Below are positions 8,848-17,095 of a stretch of 53,846 nucleotides of DNA, piece after piece. The position numbers were made by a program, and so were the translations under genes. The notes below the pieces were generated by a model. It saw only the letters and a program-made list of their open reading frames with translations. It did no database searches and was not told where the DNA came from. This DNA is from Escherichia phage mEp554, in the sequence record PP180005. One strand, given 5' to 3'. Positions within the stretch are counted from its first letter, which is position 1. Each line of letters opens with the position of its first letter.

Positions 8848-9112
8848 GTTTCTTTCTCCTATGGTTAGAGTGAACGCGCTGGCGGGTATCAAATTAGCAT
8901 TAGATAGCAGTGACTGACCGCTGAACAGATCCCGCCGTTGCGTGATATTTGTTTTTCGCTTCGCAGCGACACCGGATTTTTAAAGAGCTTTTAAGGTATG
9001 TGCCTTTTGTGCTTTCCCTTATCTTTTTCCTTGCATCATTGCAAGTTCGGCTTTACCTTGTCTGTAAGTTTACAGAATGGCGTTAACAGATCAAGGATTG
9101 AAAATTACATTT

Positions 9113-9128
9113 TGTGACTTGCATCAAA
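9113..9128. promoter_or_regulatory. Palindrome TGTGACTTGCATCAAA in the divergent immunity intergenic region; candidate operator or CRP-like site
   Basis: Near-match to TGTGA-N6-TCACA; adjacent CATTTTGT motif; second TTGCATCATTGCAA palindrome at 9032-9045. Confidence 0.25.
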
Positions 9129-9153
9129 TTTTTTTAGGTTATAGGGTAGCGAC

Positions 9154-9801
9154 ATGAAAACAAAATGGTATGACTTAGCAAAACAACTCATGCGGGCGCA
9201 GGGTATGAGTCAGGATTCATTGGCAGATCTCATGGGGATCACAAAAGGCGGCTTGTCACACTGGCTTAACGGTCGCCGCGAGCCAAATCTTGAAGACATT
9301 GCGCGGATCATGCGGGCGCTTGGGCGTCGGCAGTTCACTGTCACACATGATGGAATGGTCATTGATGATTCTGTTTCTAACACGTTGCCGGGAGCGCCTC
9401 CTCGTGATTTAGGCAGTTACCCGGTTGTTGACTGGAAGGATGTAGCAAACAATATGGAAGACATAAGCAGATCAACATTGCCACACGTTACGACTAGCGT
9501 TATTTGTTCAGATGATAGTTACTGGCTGGTTGCTAAAGGCGAATCAATGAACGCGCCGCAAGGATTGAGTATACCAGCGGGGACGATGATACTTGTCGAT
9601 CCGCACGCGCCAGCTATTGACGGAAAACTGGTTATAGCCCAACTGGAGGAGGGGCAGATACCGACGTTTAAACAGTTGATTATTGATGGAGGCAGAAAAC
9701 TTTTGCGTTCACTGAATCCGTTGTATCCGCCGATCCCTATGAATCCAGAATCTAAAATCATAGGCGTGGTAGTGGATGCGAAGATCGTAAACCTGCCATA
9801 A
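9154..9801 (+). CDS. CI-like repressor, HTH_XRE plus LexA-like S24 peptidase domain
   Basis: N-terminal GMSQDSLADLMGITKGGLSHWLNGRR HTH; C-terminal GESMNAP (Ser) and TFKQL (Lys) S24 motifs; divergent from leftward operon. Confidence 0.85.
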   Translation: MKTKWYDLAKQLMRAQGMSQDSLADLMGITKGGLSHWLNGRREPNLEDIARIMRALGRRQFTVTHDGMVIDDSVSNTLPGAPPRDLGSYPVVDWKDVANNMEDISRSTLPHVTTSVICSDDSYWLVAKGESMNAPQGLSIPAGTMILVDPHAPAIDGKLVIAQLEEGQIPTFKQLIIDGGRKLLRSLNPLYPPIPMNPESKIIGVVVDAKIVNLP

Positions 9802-9808
9802 AACATTA

Positions 9809-9832
9809 GCCGCCTGGTGGCGGCTTTTCTTT
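9809..9832 (+). terminator. Rho-independent terminator after repressor gene
   Basis: GCCGCC-TGGT-GGCGGC hairpin followed by TTTTCTTT. Confidence 0.65.
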
Positions 9833-9925
9833 GCCATAAAAACACCAAAACGTAAACAGAAAACGTTATTTATTATTTAAATATCAATGACATATAAAAT
9901 ATTTTAAAAAAGTATACAAAATGGA

Positions 9926-9954
9926 TTGACTAGGTGTTTTACGGGGCGTATATT
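9926..9954 (+). promoter_or_regulatory. Sigma70-like promoter for rightward early operon
   Basis: TTGACT, 17-nt spacer, TATATT; TATACAAAATGG motif immediately upstream. Confidence 0.5.
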
Positions 9955-10088
9955 GCGAGTCAAAGGAGGAAGCAAGGCAGGGAAAGAAGGTTACTTGCTC
10001 TTTAACAATCTGGTCAGCCGCTGGAAGTGCGGCAATTAACGAAGATGATTTTTATTAAGTATCATCAAGGATATAAGGAGATCAGATC

Positions 10089-10379
10089 ATGACAGTTACA
10101 ATCATGTATGGCAAATGTGATAGCAAAATAAACGCCAGGGAACGCAGAAGAATAAAAAGAGAAAACGAAAGAAAATCATCACCTGCAATTAATAAAACGG
10201 ACAATGTGGATAAAGCCATTCGCTTTGCAAACGATGAAAGATGCAAACCCAATGGCATTAAAGAACGTCGCAAAGGAGCAGTAAAATGGTATACGGAAAA
10301 TGAAAGCGGCAACTACTACCACGCAACGCAACCACGCCAACTAGGGGAGAAACCACTGGATAAAGTCCGTTACCATTAA
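10089..10379 (+). CDS. Hypothetical basic protein
   Basis: AGGAG SD; lysine/arginine-rich. Confidence 0.55.
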   Translation: MTVTIMYGKCDSKINARERRRIKRENERKSSPAINKTDNVDKAIRFANDERCKPNGIKERRKGAVKWYTENESGNYYHATQPRQLGEKPLDKVRYH

Positions 10380-10409
10380 TACATATCGTAAACAATCGGA
10401 GGTGACGTT

Positions 10410-10532
10410 ATGGTTATTAAGGCGCTTCAATTCAAACTTGCGGTAGCGGAAATGCTTCACGATGCCGAAATGTGGAGCGCCGCAAATAAAGCCTTGTACA
10501 TAGTGTTAACAGCTAAGGAGATCAAAGAGTGA
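10410..10532 (+). CDS. Hypothetical small protein (40 aa)
   Basis: GGAGGTGA SD; stop overlaps erf start. Confidence 0.35.
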   Translation: MVIKALQFKLAVAEMLHDAEMWSAANKALYIVLTAKEIKE

Positions 10533-11170
10533 AAACAGAATTACACAAAAAGCTGTGGACGATTCAACAAACGCTGAACGCACCGAAAAATCAGCGCAAT
10601 AATTTCGGTGGGTACAATTACAGGTCGGCGGAGGATATTTTGGAGGCGGTTAAGCCACTTCTTCAAAATATAACGCTGACTGTTAGCGATGAAATCGTCC
10701 TGATCGGCAATCGCTATTATGTGAAAGCCACTGCAACACTAAGCGACGGAGAAGATGAAATTGCGGTAACTGCTTACGCCAGGGAAGAAGAAAGCAAGAA
10801 GGGAATGGACGCAAGCCAGTTAACTGGCGCGACATCAAGTTATGCGCGTAAATACGCGTTGAACGGCTTGTTCTGCATTGATGACGCAAAAGATCCTGAT
10901 ACTGATGCTTACGCGAAACAGACAAATCAACAGCCGCGACAGCAGAAAAACACGCCGAAACAACAACCACAGCAGCAGAAAGCGCCGCCAAATCCTGATG
11001 AAGTATTAGCACGTTTCTGTGATGCGGCAGCGAAAGCGCCGGACGCTAACAAGTTGCGCGAGATATTCGGGAAGTGCTGGAAGATACTTCCTAAAGATTC
11101 AGAGCAGCAACAGAAAGCTAAAGACGTTTATGATATTCGCTTAAAAGAGCTTAACGGGGAGATCGGTTAA
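10529..11170 (+). CDS. erf: Erf-family single-strand annealing protein
   Basis: GGYNYRSAEDILEAVKPLL motif typical of ERF family; GTG start with AGGAG SD. Confidence 0.8.
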   Translation: MKTELHKKLWTIQQTLNAPKNQRNNFGGYNYRSAEDILEAVKPLLQNITLTVSDEIVLIGNRYYVKATATLSDGEDEIAVTAYAREEESKKGMDASQLTGATSSYARKYALNGLFCIDDAKDPDTDAYAKQTNQQPRQQKNTPKQQPQQQKAPPNPDEVLARFCDAAAKAPDANKLREIFGKCWKILPKDSEQQQKAKDVYDIRLKELNGEIG

Positions 11171-11637
11171 TGAGCTTAAATTCAATCACGCTGGGCGGTA
11201 ATATCGGAAATGATATGGAAGTTCGCTACACGCAAAACGGTAAAGCTATTGGTAGCTTTCCGTTAGCTGTAACGAATGGCTACGGTGATAATAAGCGGAC
11301 AATGTGGATCACTTGCCTGGTATTTGGCGAGCGTGCGGAAAAATTAGCTCCACATATTCGTAAGGGTGGAAAAATAGTGGTAAGCGGTCGCCTGGATGTT
11401 CGGCAATATGACCGGAACGACGGCACGAAGGGGACGGCGGTAGAAGTGGCGGTCAATGAATTTGAGTTCATGGCTGTTAACCAGCAAGGCCAACAGCAAG
11501 GCCAGCAGCAGGGCCAGCGCCAGCCGCCGCAACAGAATCAAGGCGGCGGCAATCAACCTCCGATGGATTTTGACGATGATATCCCATTTAGTTGCGTGGG
11601 GTTACAATATGGAAAACATAGAATCTACGCGTTGTAA
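11170..11637 (+). CDS. ssb: Single-stranded DNA-binding protein with 15-aa extension after the acidic tip
   Basis: OB-fold SSB N-terminus; Gln/Gly-rich linker; DFDDDIPF tip at 11566-11589 followed by SCVGLQYGKHRIYAL before stop. Confidence 0.85.
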   Translation: MSLNSITLGGNIGNDMEVRYTQNGKAIGSFPLAVTNGYGDNKRTMWITCLVFGERAEKLAPHIRKGGKIVVSGRLDVRQYDRNDGTKGTAVEVAVNEFEFMAVNQQGQQQGQQQGQRQPPQQNQGGGNQPPMDFDDDIPFSCVGLQYGKHRIYAL

Positions 11638-12139
11638 ACGGTGTATAAAATGTGGGGCGTTATTGCCCCTTTCTTCTTTCTATAAACATAAATTAATGGC
11701 TGACGGTCACTCAAATAAATGTAAGGAGTGTACGAAGCAAGATGTAAAAGATAATCGCAAGAAAAATATAGAACGCTACAGGGAATACGACAGAGAGCGC
11801 AACCAATCAGGGGATAGGAAAGCGTTAAGACGTCGTTATCGTCAAAGCGATGAAGGTAAGGAGGCGCATAAAAGGGCTTGCGACAAGTGGGTTAAAAATA
11901 ACGAGAAGAAGCGCCACGCCGAAATAATGGTAGGTAACGCTATCCGCGATGGCAAATTAATTAAACAACCTTGCGAAGTATGCGGCAGAGAGGACCGCGT
12001 ACACGCGCACCATTGCGATTATGATAAGCCGCTCGATGTTATGTGGCTTTGCCCGATATGCCATCGAGCGTGGCACAACGAACACGGTGAAGGAGCTAAT
12101 GCACACGACGAGGTATTAAATGGTGAGCGAATATCTTAA
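11609..12139 (+). CDS. HNH endonuclease (candidate homing endonuclease)
   Basis: CEVCGREDRVHAHHCDYDKPLDVMWLCPICHRAWH HNH motif; N-terminal CKRCIKCG zinc-finger; starts inside SSB 3' end. Confidence 0.8.
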   Translation: MENIESTRCKRCIKCGALLPLSSFYKHKLMADGHSNKCKECTKQDVKDNRKKNIERYREYDRERNQSGDRKALRRRYRQSDEGKEAHKRACDKWVKNNEKKRHAEIMVGNAIRDGKLIKQPCEVCGREDRVHAHHCDYDKPLDVMWLCPICHRAWHNEHGEGANAHDEVLNGERIS

Positions 12140-12401
12140 AGCACCGCCACCGCCGCGAACAAAAGAGCAAGTTCTAAAAGAAGCCCGTGATCAAATCGAT
12201 CGCGGGCTTTTTTTATGCGGCACGGCGGCGGATCGAATGGCGAAAAGATTTAGTGACCTGTACGCAAAACAAATATGGTTCGACAACTGGCAGGCAAGTT
12301 TTTACCCACTGCAAAGAAAACCGGATATGCATTGGCCTGAATATGTCGATCCACGTATGCGCAAATATCGCGGGCGTATGGGCCAGGTTATTAACGATTA
12401 A
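12120..12401 (+). CDS. Hypothetical protein
   Basis: ORF in operon; no recognisable motif. Confidence 0.5.
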   Translation: MVSEYLKAPPPPRTKEQVLKEARDQIDRGLFLCGTAADRMAKRFSDLYAKQIWFDNWQASFYPLQRKPDMHWPEYVDPRMRKYRGRMGQVIND

Positions 12402-12415
12402 TGAGGTATTAAATC

Positions 12416-12640
12416 ATGATCGAAGAAAAAGAAATTGATAAAGAAACGCCTGATGGTCGTGATGAGCTTATTTATTTTGATGGCGGCATGTATGAGATCG
12501 ATACGTCGGCTGGCTGGCATGATAAATGGCCTCTGCCTACTCGCAAGGAATTGAGCGATCGTAAATCATTCGGCGAAGATGCAGAACGCCTTGCTAATAA
12601 CAAGTGGCTTAACAAGTTTATTGCGGAGGGCGACAAATGA
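12416..12640 (+). CDS. Hypothetical protein
   Basis: ORF in operon; no recognisable motif. Confidence 0.5.
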   Translation: MIEEKEIDKETPDGRDELIYFDGGMYEIDTSAGWHDKWPLPTRKELSDRKSFGEDAERLANNKWLNKFIAEGDK

Positions 12641-12750
12641 ATTTTGCAAAAATTGCCGCACTGATTGCGGCCCTGTCTATCGCCGTGGTGTATCTGAGCG
12701 TATCTCTTTGTATCACGGTAGCGATCATTAAACTTATTACTAACATGTGA
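12637..12750 (+). CDS. Single-helix hydrophobic mini-protein (37 aa)
   Basis: MNFAKIAALIAALSIAVVYLSVSLCITVAIIKLITNM; ATGA overlap with upstream stop. Confidence 0.4.
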   Translation: MNFAKIAALIAALSIAVVYLSVSLCITVAIIKLITNM

Positions 12751-12758
12751 GGCCAATC

Positions 12759-12878
12759 ATGAAAGTCGGTAAGGATATTGTGACAGTCGCGTTTTGCATT
12801 ATTTGTTTCCTGTTTGTGGTTGTGTTTTGTGGCGCATTTGCCGCGCTGGTTAGCCTTATTTTCAGGGGATTGTTGTGA
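12759..12878 (+). CDS. Single-helix hydrophobic mini-protein (39 aa)
   Basis: MKVGKDIVTVAFCIICFLFVVVFCGAFAALVSLIFRGLL; stop overlaps next start (TGATG). Confidence 0.4.
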   Translation: MKVGKDIVTVAFCIICFLFVVVFCGAFAALVSLIFRGLL

Positions 12879-13150
12879 TGAAAACATGGGATGCAAAGGC
12901 TGGTGATCTTGTCGTATTGCCTGAATATCGTGATGACCCTGGCCTGGTTGTACTGAATAAGATGTGTAACGATCTCGAACGTCCATTACTGGTTAAATAC
13001 CTGGACGGAACAATCATAGAGCCGCGTTTCTTTGATGATATTGAACTGAAGGCCCGCAATGTTCGCGTTAAGCCGTTCCGGGCTTATGTTGAAGACCACT
13101 GGCGGAAATTGTTCGCCGGACTGAATGGGATGTACGGCGTATGGCTATAA
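12878..13150 (+). CDS. Hypothetical protein
   Basis: ORF in operon. Confidence 0.5.
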   Translation: MKTWDAKAGDLVVLPEYRDDPGLVVLNKMCNDLERPLLVKYLDGTIIEPRFFDDIELKARNVRVKPFRAYVEDHWRKLFAGLNGMYGVWL

Positions 13151-13332
13151 AGGAAGTAAAGGTCAAAGACCTGAAAGGCGGTGAGCGATTAAAGGCGTGG
13201 TGGGGTCGTGAGTTTACAGCCGCTGCCTTCATGATCATGCATGGCGGGGAAGTCGTTATATACGATGAAGACCTGAAGGAAGTAGGCAGATGGCATCTTG
13301 AGCAATATATCGAGGTGTTAGATGAAAATTAA
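13141..13332 (+). CDS. Hypothetical protein
   Basis: ORF in operon. Confidence 0.45.
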   Translation: MAIKEVKVKDLKGGERLKAWWGREFTAAAFMIMHGGEVVIYDEDLKEVGRWHLEQYIEVLDEN

Positions 13333-13654
13333 ATTCCATAAAGGTTATGATTCGGTCACTAACAAGTTATCGCTATTTATTGAGTTCGAGCGCCGGATCG
13401 TGGTTGTTCCTTATGCGCGTCGCTTTAATGATGCGGCAGGGCGGCGGCAATTCGCATTAGATATGATGTTGCGTGGCTGCGGCCTTATGCGCCCGCTATC
13501 TGATTTAAACCGGATGATGCCTGGATCGTTCGGTCAGATTGATGAAATTGAAATAAGCCAGGACGAGCTAAAACGGGCGCGTGATTTGTTCCTTTCAAGT
13601 GAAGGGAACCCGTTTAATCCAGAGACTGAAATGAAATGGCATCATCCACTATAA
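13322..13654 (+). CDS. Hypothetical protein
   Basis: ORF in operon. Confidence 0.5.
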   Translation: MKIKFHKGYDSVTNKLSLFIEFERRIVVVPYARRFNDAAGRRQFALDMMLRGCGLMRPLSDLNRMMPGSFGQIDEIEISQDELKRARDLFLSSEGNPFNPETEMKWHHPL

Positions 13655-13667
13655 AAGGATAAATATC

Positions 13668-14288
13668 ATGAAAGACATCAAAACGGCTTATTCACTAGGC
13701 AGCGATGGCATGTTAATCACTCGCTACACTGAAGATGCAAGTTTTCATGAAGTGGAAACGAAGGACTATCACGAAGTGCTAAAGGATATGGAAGCTGGAG
13801 CGTATGACGCAGATTTGAACCTGGCGTTACAGGTTGCTGATATTGTGATGGAAGCGTCGATGCGCGACTATGTGTCTTTGGATAATGAAGAAAAAACGGC
13901 TGTAGCTCGTTATGTCTTCTGCCTCACTTTTGTGAAACGCATGGAAGAAGAATATGGTCGCGTGCCAGTGCCGGAAGAGCTTGATCCGCTGGCGTTCGGC
14001 AGTGCTGTTATCTTCCCGTTAGACGAAAACCATATGGGTAGCGCTGCACTGTATTCTGTGCGCGGCGTAATGAAGAAAATATTTGAGGCCAAAGCGCTAC
14101 ATAAGTGCATTGATGAAGGGCACAACGAAGAAGACGTAAGAGCGATCATGCCGCTGTTTTATGGCGAAATGGTTGGTATTAACATGCGTGCAAATGATTT
14201 AGGCGTGCAGGCGGCTATATCTATGCTTAATGAAGCACGAAAAATGTCACAGCCAATGCCTGAACCTGAAAAGCGCGTACTTCATTAA
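13668..14288 (+). CDS. Hypothetical protein (206 aa)
   Basis: ORF; no recognisable motif. Confidence 0.55.
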   Translation: MKDIKTAYSLGSDGMLITRYTEDASFHEVETKDYHEVLKDMEAGAYDADLNLALQVADIVMEASMRDYVSLDNEEKTAVARYVFCLTFVKRMEEEYGRVPVPEELDPLAFGSAVIFPLDENHMGSAALYSVRGVMKKIFEAKALHKCIDEGHNEEDVRAIMPLFYGEMVGINMRANDLGVQAAISMLNEARKMSQPMPEPEKRVLH

Positions 14289-14291
14289 TAT

Positions 14292-14307
14292 TGTGATTGC
14301 GATCACA
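14292..14307. promoter_or_regulatory. Perfect CRP-consensus palindrome TGTGATTGCGATCACA
   Basis: TGTGA-N6-TCACA; intergenic; followed by TACAAAATGTATA motif (minus orientation) and a TGTGATCGCGA half-site. Confidence 0.4.
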
Positions 14308-14387
14308 TAGCTATACATTTTGTACTGTGATCGCGAATCCGTTTTGTAAACTGAAAGCAAAAGGTTTACGGTACGGAGGGAAATAAG

Positions 14388-14606
14388 ATGGCCCGCGAAT
14401 TAATGCTTTATTGTGTTGAGGGTGGAGTAGGTCACGATGCCTACGTCGCTGGGAAAGGCTATCCAGCCGATGAAGTGCTTTCTAATATGCACTTCCGGGA
14501 AAATGAAAGCCGGGTGTCTGTGTGGAAACGGTGCGTTGATGGTATTGAGGTTGTAAGCATCGAACGGTATTTAGGCACGTTTGATTACGGTGTTATTGAG
14601 GCTTAA
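14388..14606 (+). CDS. Hypothetical protein
   Basis: GGAGGG SD. Confidence 0.5.
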   Translation: MARELMLYCVEGGVGHDAYVAGKGYPADEVLSNMHFRENESRVSVWKRCVDGIEVVSIERYLGTFDYGVIEA

Positions 14607-14608
14607 TT

Positions 14609-14701
14609 ATGGACGACACATTGTTTTATATGTGCTGTTGCTGGGGTTTTATTGCCTTATGCCTGTTTATCAGGTGGTTTATTGAATACCATATGAGGTG
14701 A
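14609..14701 (+). CDS. Hydrophobic mini-protein (30 aa)
   Basis: MDDTLFYMCCCWGFIALCLFIRWFIEYHMR; GAGG SD. Confidence 0.35.
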   Translation: MDDTLFYMCCCWGFIALCLFIRWFIEYHMR

Positions 14702-14704
14702 TAT

Positions 14705-14899
14705 ATGAAAAAGGTTGGCGGTTATACGTTGCCTGATAACGCTAAATTGGCGGGAATTGGTTTTAGCGGCTGTTATTACTACAACAATGTAGGCGATATT
14801 TATTGCGTGCGTTTTGTCGATGGTGTACAGCATTTTCGCAGACTACCAGACATTGAATTGAGTAAACTTATCCGTGAGGTGTCATTACATGCGGTTTAA
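14705..14899 (+). CDS. Hypothetical protein
   Basis: ORF in operon. Confidence 0.45.
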   Translation: MKKVGGYTLPDNAKLAGIGFSGCYYYNNVGDIYCVRFVDGVQHFRRLPDIELSKLIREVSLHAV

Positions 14900-15092
14900 A
14901 CATTACAGAGAATGGAAGATTCCAGAATCAGCAACAAAGGCAGCGCCCGGAATATTTTCGGGCGTTTATTTTTATATGGAAGGTAAATGGTATTTCGGCA
15001 GCAGGCCGGATCACTATTATCAAGAAGTATGCAAATCTCACACATGGGACATTAAGGAGCGCGTGCAAGGCGGTGTAATAGACGAGGTTTAA
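14889..15092 (+). CDS. Hypothetical protein
   Basis: Start at MRFKHY with GAGGTG SD. Confidence 0.45.
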   Translation: MRFKHYREWKIPESATKAAPGIFSGVYFYMEGKWYFGSRPDHYYQEVCKSHTWDIKERVQGGVIDEV

Positions 15093-15093
15093 A

Positions 15094-15330
15094 ATGATTA
15101 ATGGTTTTTTAAGCTGGTTAAGAGTGTGGTTTTTTGCCACGCTTTTCGTTTTTTTGGCGTTCAGCGGTGTCATTGTCATATTTACGCTGGCGATGATGTT
15201 CATTACATGGTCAGTACCTGAATTTAACGACTTTGGAGCTATTATTGCCATCGCCCGCGCTTTATTGGCTGGTAGCGCATTTATTGGTTTTTGCTGGACT
15301 GTAGCGCCTGATTGGGGTGATGAATGGTGA
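15094..15330 (+). CDS. Hypothetical membrane protein (two hydrophobic segments)
   Basis: FFATLFVFLAFSGVIVIFTLAMMFI and AIIAIARALLAGSAFIGFCW stretches. Confidence 0.5.
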   Translation: MINGFLSWLRVWFFATLFVFLAFSGVIVIFTLAMMFITWSVPEFNDFGAIIAIARALLAGSAFIGFCWTVAPDWGDEW

Positions 15331-15334
15331 TCCT

Positions 15335-15568
15335 ATGGCTTTGTTCAATATGTCAGAACTGCAATTTAATGCCGTAAAAGCTGCCGCCCGCGCAGCGCTT
15401 TCTGCTTGCAAAGCTGAGGTAGAGAAAAACGGCTACAGCGATAAAGCCACGCGGCTGATATTAGATAAGCATTATCGCAAGGTCGCCCCGCTGATCAGCA
15501 TTGAGCGCTTTGTGTGGTTGGTGGGGTATTTAAACAACCGTTGGGGAACGGAACAGGATTATTTCTAA
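15335..15568 (+). CDS. Hypothetical protein
   Basis: Start uncertain (15320 or 15335). Confidence 0.4.
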   Translation: MALFNMSELQFNAVKAAARAALSACKAEVEKNGYSDKATRLILDKHYRKVAPLISIERFVWLVGYLNNRWGTEQDYF

Positions 15569-15581
15569 GGGGGGGGGCGTA

Positions 15582-16121
15582 ATGAAAAATGATTACGGCG
15601 GCAGCCATACGCCGAAAGAAATAAAAGACCTATGGCAAACGCCAAAACCAGTTTTTAGAGGAATGGATCGAGAATTCGAATTCGTCGCTGATGTGGCGGC
15701 AAACAAGGCAAACGCGCTAGTTCCGCGATATATAACCGAAGAAATGGACACGTTGCATTATCCGTGGGGAGCGGTGGCAATGCCTGGTGAATATGTCTGG
15801 ATGAATCCGCCATACTCAAACCCTGGTCCATTCGTTGATAAAGCGGCGCTCGAACATCAACTGAATCACATTGGTTGCGTAATGCTGTTGCCCGCTGACA
15901 TTTCTGTTAGCTGGTTCATGAACGGCGCGGAGACGGCAAACGAATGCAGATTAATAACGCGCGGGCGGCTGGCGTTTATCAATGCTGCGACTGGTAAGCC
16001 AGTGAGCGGAAACAATAAAGGGAGCTTGTTTTTGATCTGGCATCCACGATGCAGACATGAATGTATTTTTACACACATAACACGTAAAGAGCTATACGCA
16101 AGAGGTGCAGATAATGACTAG
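15582..16121 (+). CDS. Phage Dam-family DNA N6-adenine methyltransferase
   Basis: DLWQTPKPVF...YVWMNPPYS (NPPY catalytic motif) and overall length/pattern of phage Dam family. Confidence 0.8.
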   Translation: MKNDYGGSHTPKEIKDLWQTPKPVFRGMDREFEFVADVAANKANALVPRYITEEMDTLHYPWGAVAMPGEYVWMNPPYSNPGPFVDKAALEHQLNHIGCVMLLPADISVSWFMNGAETANECRLITRGRLAFINAATGKPVSGNNKGSLFLIWHPRCRHECIFTHITRKELYARGADND

Positions 16122-16611
16122 TGCGGCAGATTTACTACGAATCGCAGCGGAAACAATTGAGCAAAGAGGTAAACAAAACGGATACGACAGAAAAGAGGAA
16201 AAATCGGCGCCAAAAATAGCCACTATATATAACGCTAAGAAGGGCGCAAATTTAACCCCGCTTGATGTATGGGATCTGTTGATTTGTCTCAAGGAGGCGC
16301 GTTTAGAGGCCATTTTGGCTAATGGTAGCGATCCTGCTGACACTTTGGTTGACCTAATCAGCTACAACGCACTAAAAGCTGAGCAAATATTGAATGATCG
16401 GGATGAAGAGTTAAAGAAAAATCAGTTCACTGCCGCCAATATTAGCGATGGAATAATAAAAGATGCAGCAATAACAAGCTGTAAGGGCTTACCCCCTTCA
16501 ATGCTTAATCCTCAATGCGGTTGCATTTCAACTCGGCTTGATTTGAGTTTTGACAGATCTGAAGCTATTCGCGATAAGAGGTATGACCCAAATGAAAAAG
16601 GTGACAATTGA
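16114..16611 (+). CDS. Hypothetical protein
   Basis: AGAGGTG SD; between two methyltransferase genes. Confidence 0.5.
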   Translation: MTSAADLLRIAAETIEQRGKQNGYDRKEEKSAPKIATIYNAKKGANLTPLDVWDLLICLKEARLEAILANGSDPADTLVDLISYNALKAEQILNDRDEELKKNQFTAANISDGIIKDAAITSCKGLPPSMLNPQCGCISTRLDLSFDRSEAIRDKRYDPNEKGDN

Positions 16612-17095
16612 CAGGTTATTGGCCTGCGTTTATGTCGCCGTTTTCGTGATCATCAACCTTATTGTTAACCATTGCGGCCCGTGGGTAATTCCGATCACTA
16701 CGGTAGCCGCTGTGTGTGTCAATATGATGATCCGTGACTTCCTGTTATATGACGGCGGCTTGAAATGGTCGGCTACAACATGCGCCGCCGCTGGCGCAAT
16801 CACGGTGCTAATAAATTACGATGCAGGAATGGTAGCAATAGCGTCATTCGTCGCGGTTGTTTCCGGTGCGCTTATATCTGGCGGTGTTTACCGGGTTTTG
16901 CCTGGTGATTTCGATTCGAAACGCTGGCCTGCAAATATAGCTTCAGCCATCGGGGATGCGTTAATTTTCCCGACGCTATCGTTTATGGCGTTTATGCCGG
17001 AAATATCAGCGATGCAATTCATCTCAAAAATGGCAGCGGTGACGGTGATCACTATCATCATGCGCCGCTATTTCACGTTTGAGGGCAAAAAATGA
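16583..17095 (+). CDS. Multi-pass membrane protein, possibly DUF165/YhhQ-like transporter family (uncertain)
   Basis: At least four hydrophobic segments; ASFVAVVSGALISGGVYRV and SKRW motifs recalled as YhhQ-like; start uncertain. Confidence 0.45.
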   Translation: MTQMKKVTIDRLLACVYVAVFVIINLIVNHCGPWVIPITTVAAVCVNMMIRDFLLYDGGLKWSATTCAAAGAITVLINYDAGMVAIASFVAVVSGALISGGVYRVLPGDFDSKRWPANIASAIGDALIFPTLSFMAFMPEISAMQFISKMAAVTVITIIMRRYFTFEGKK

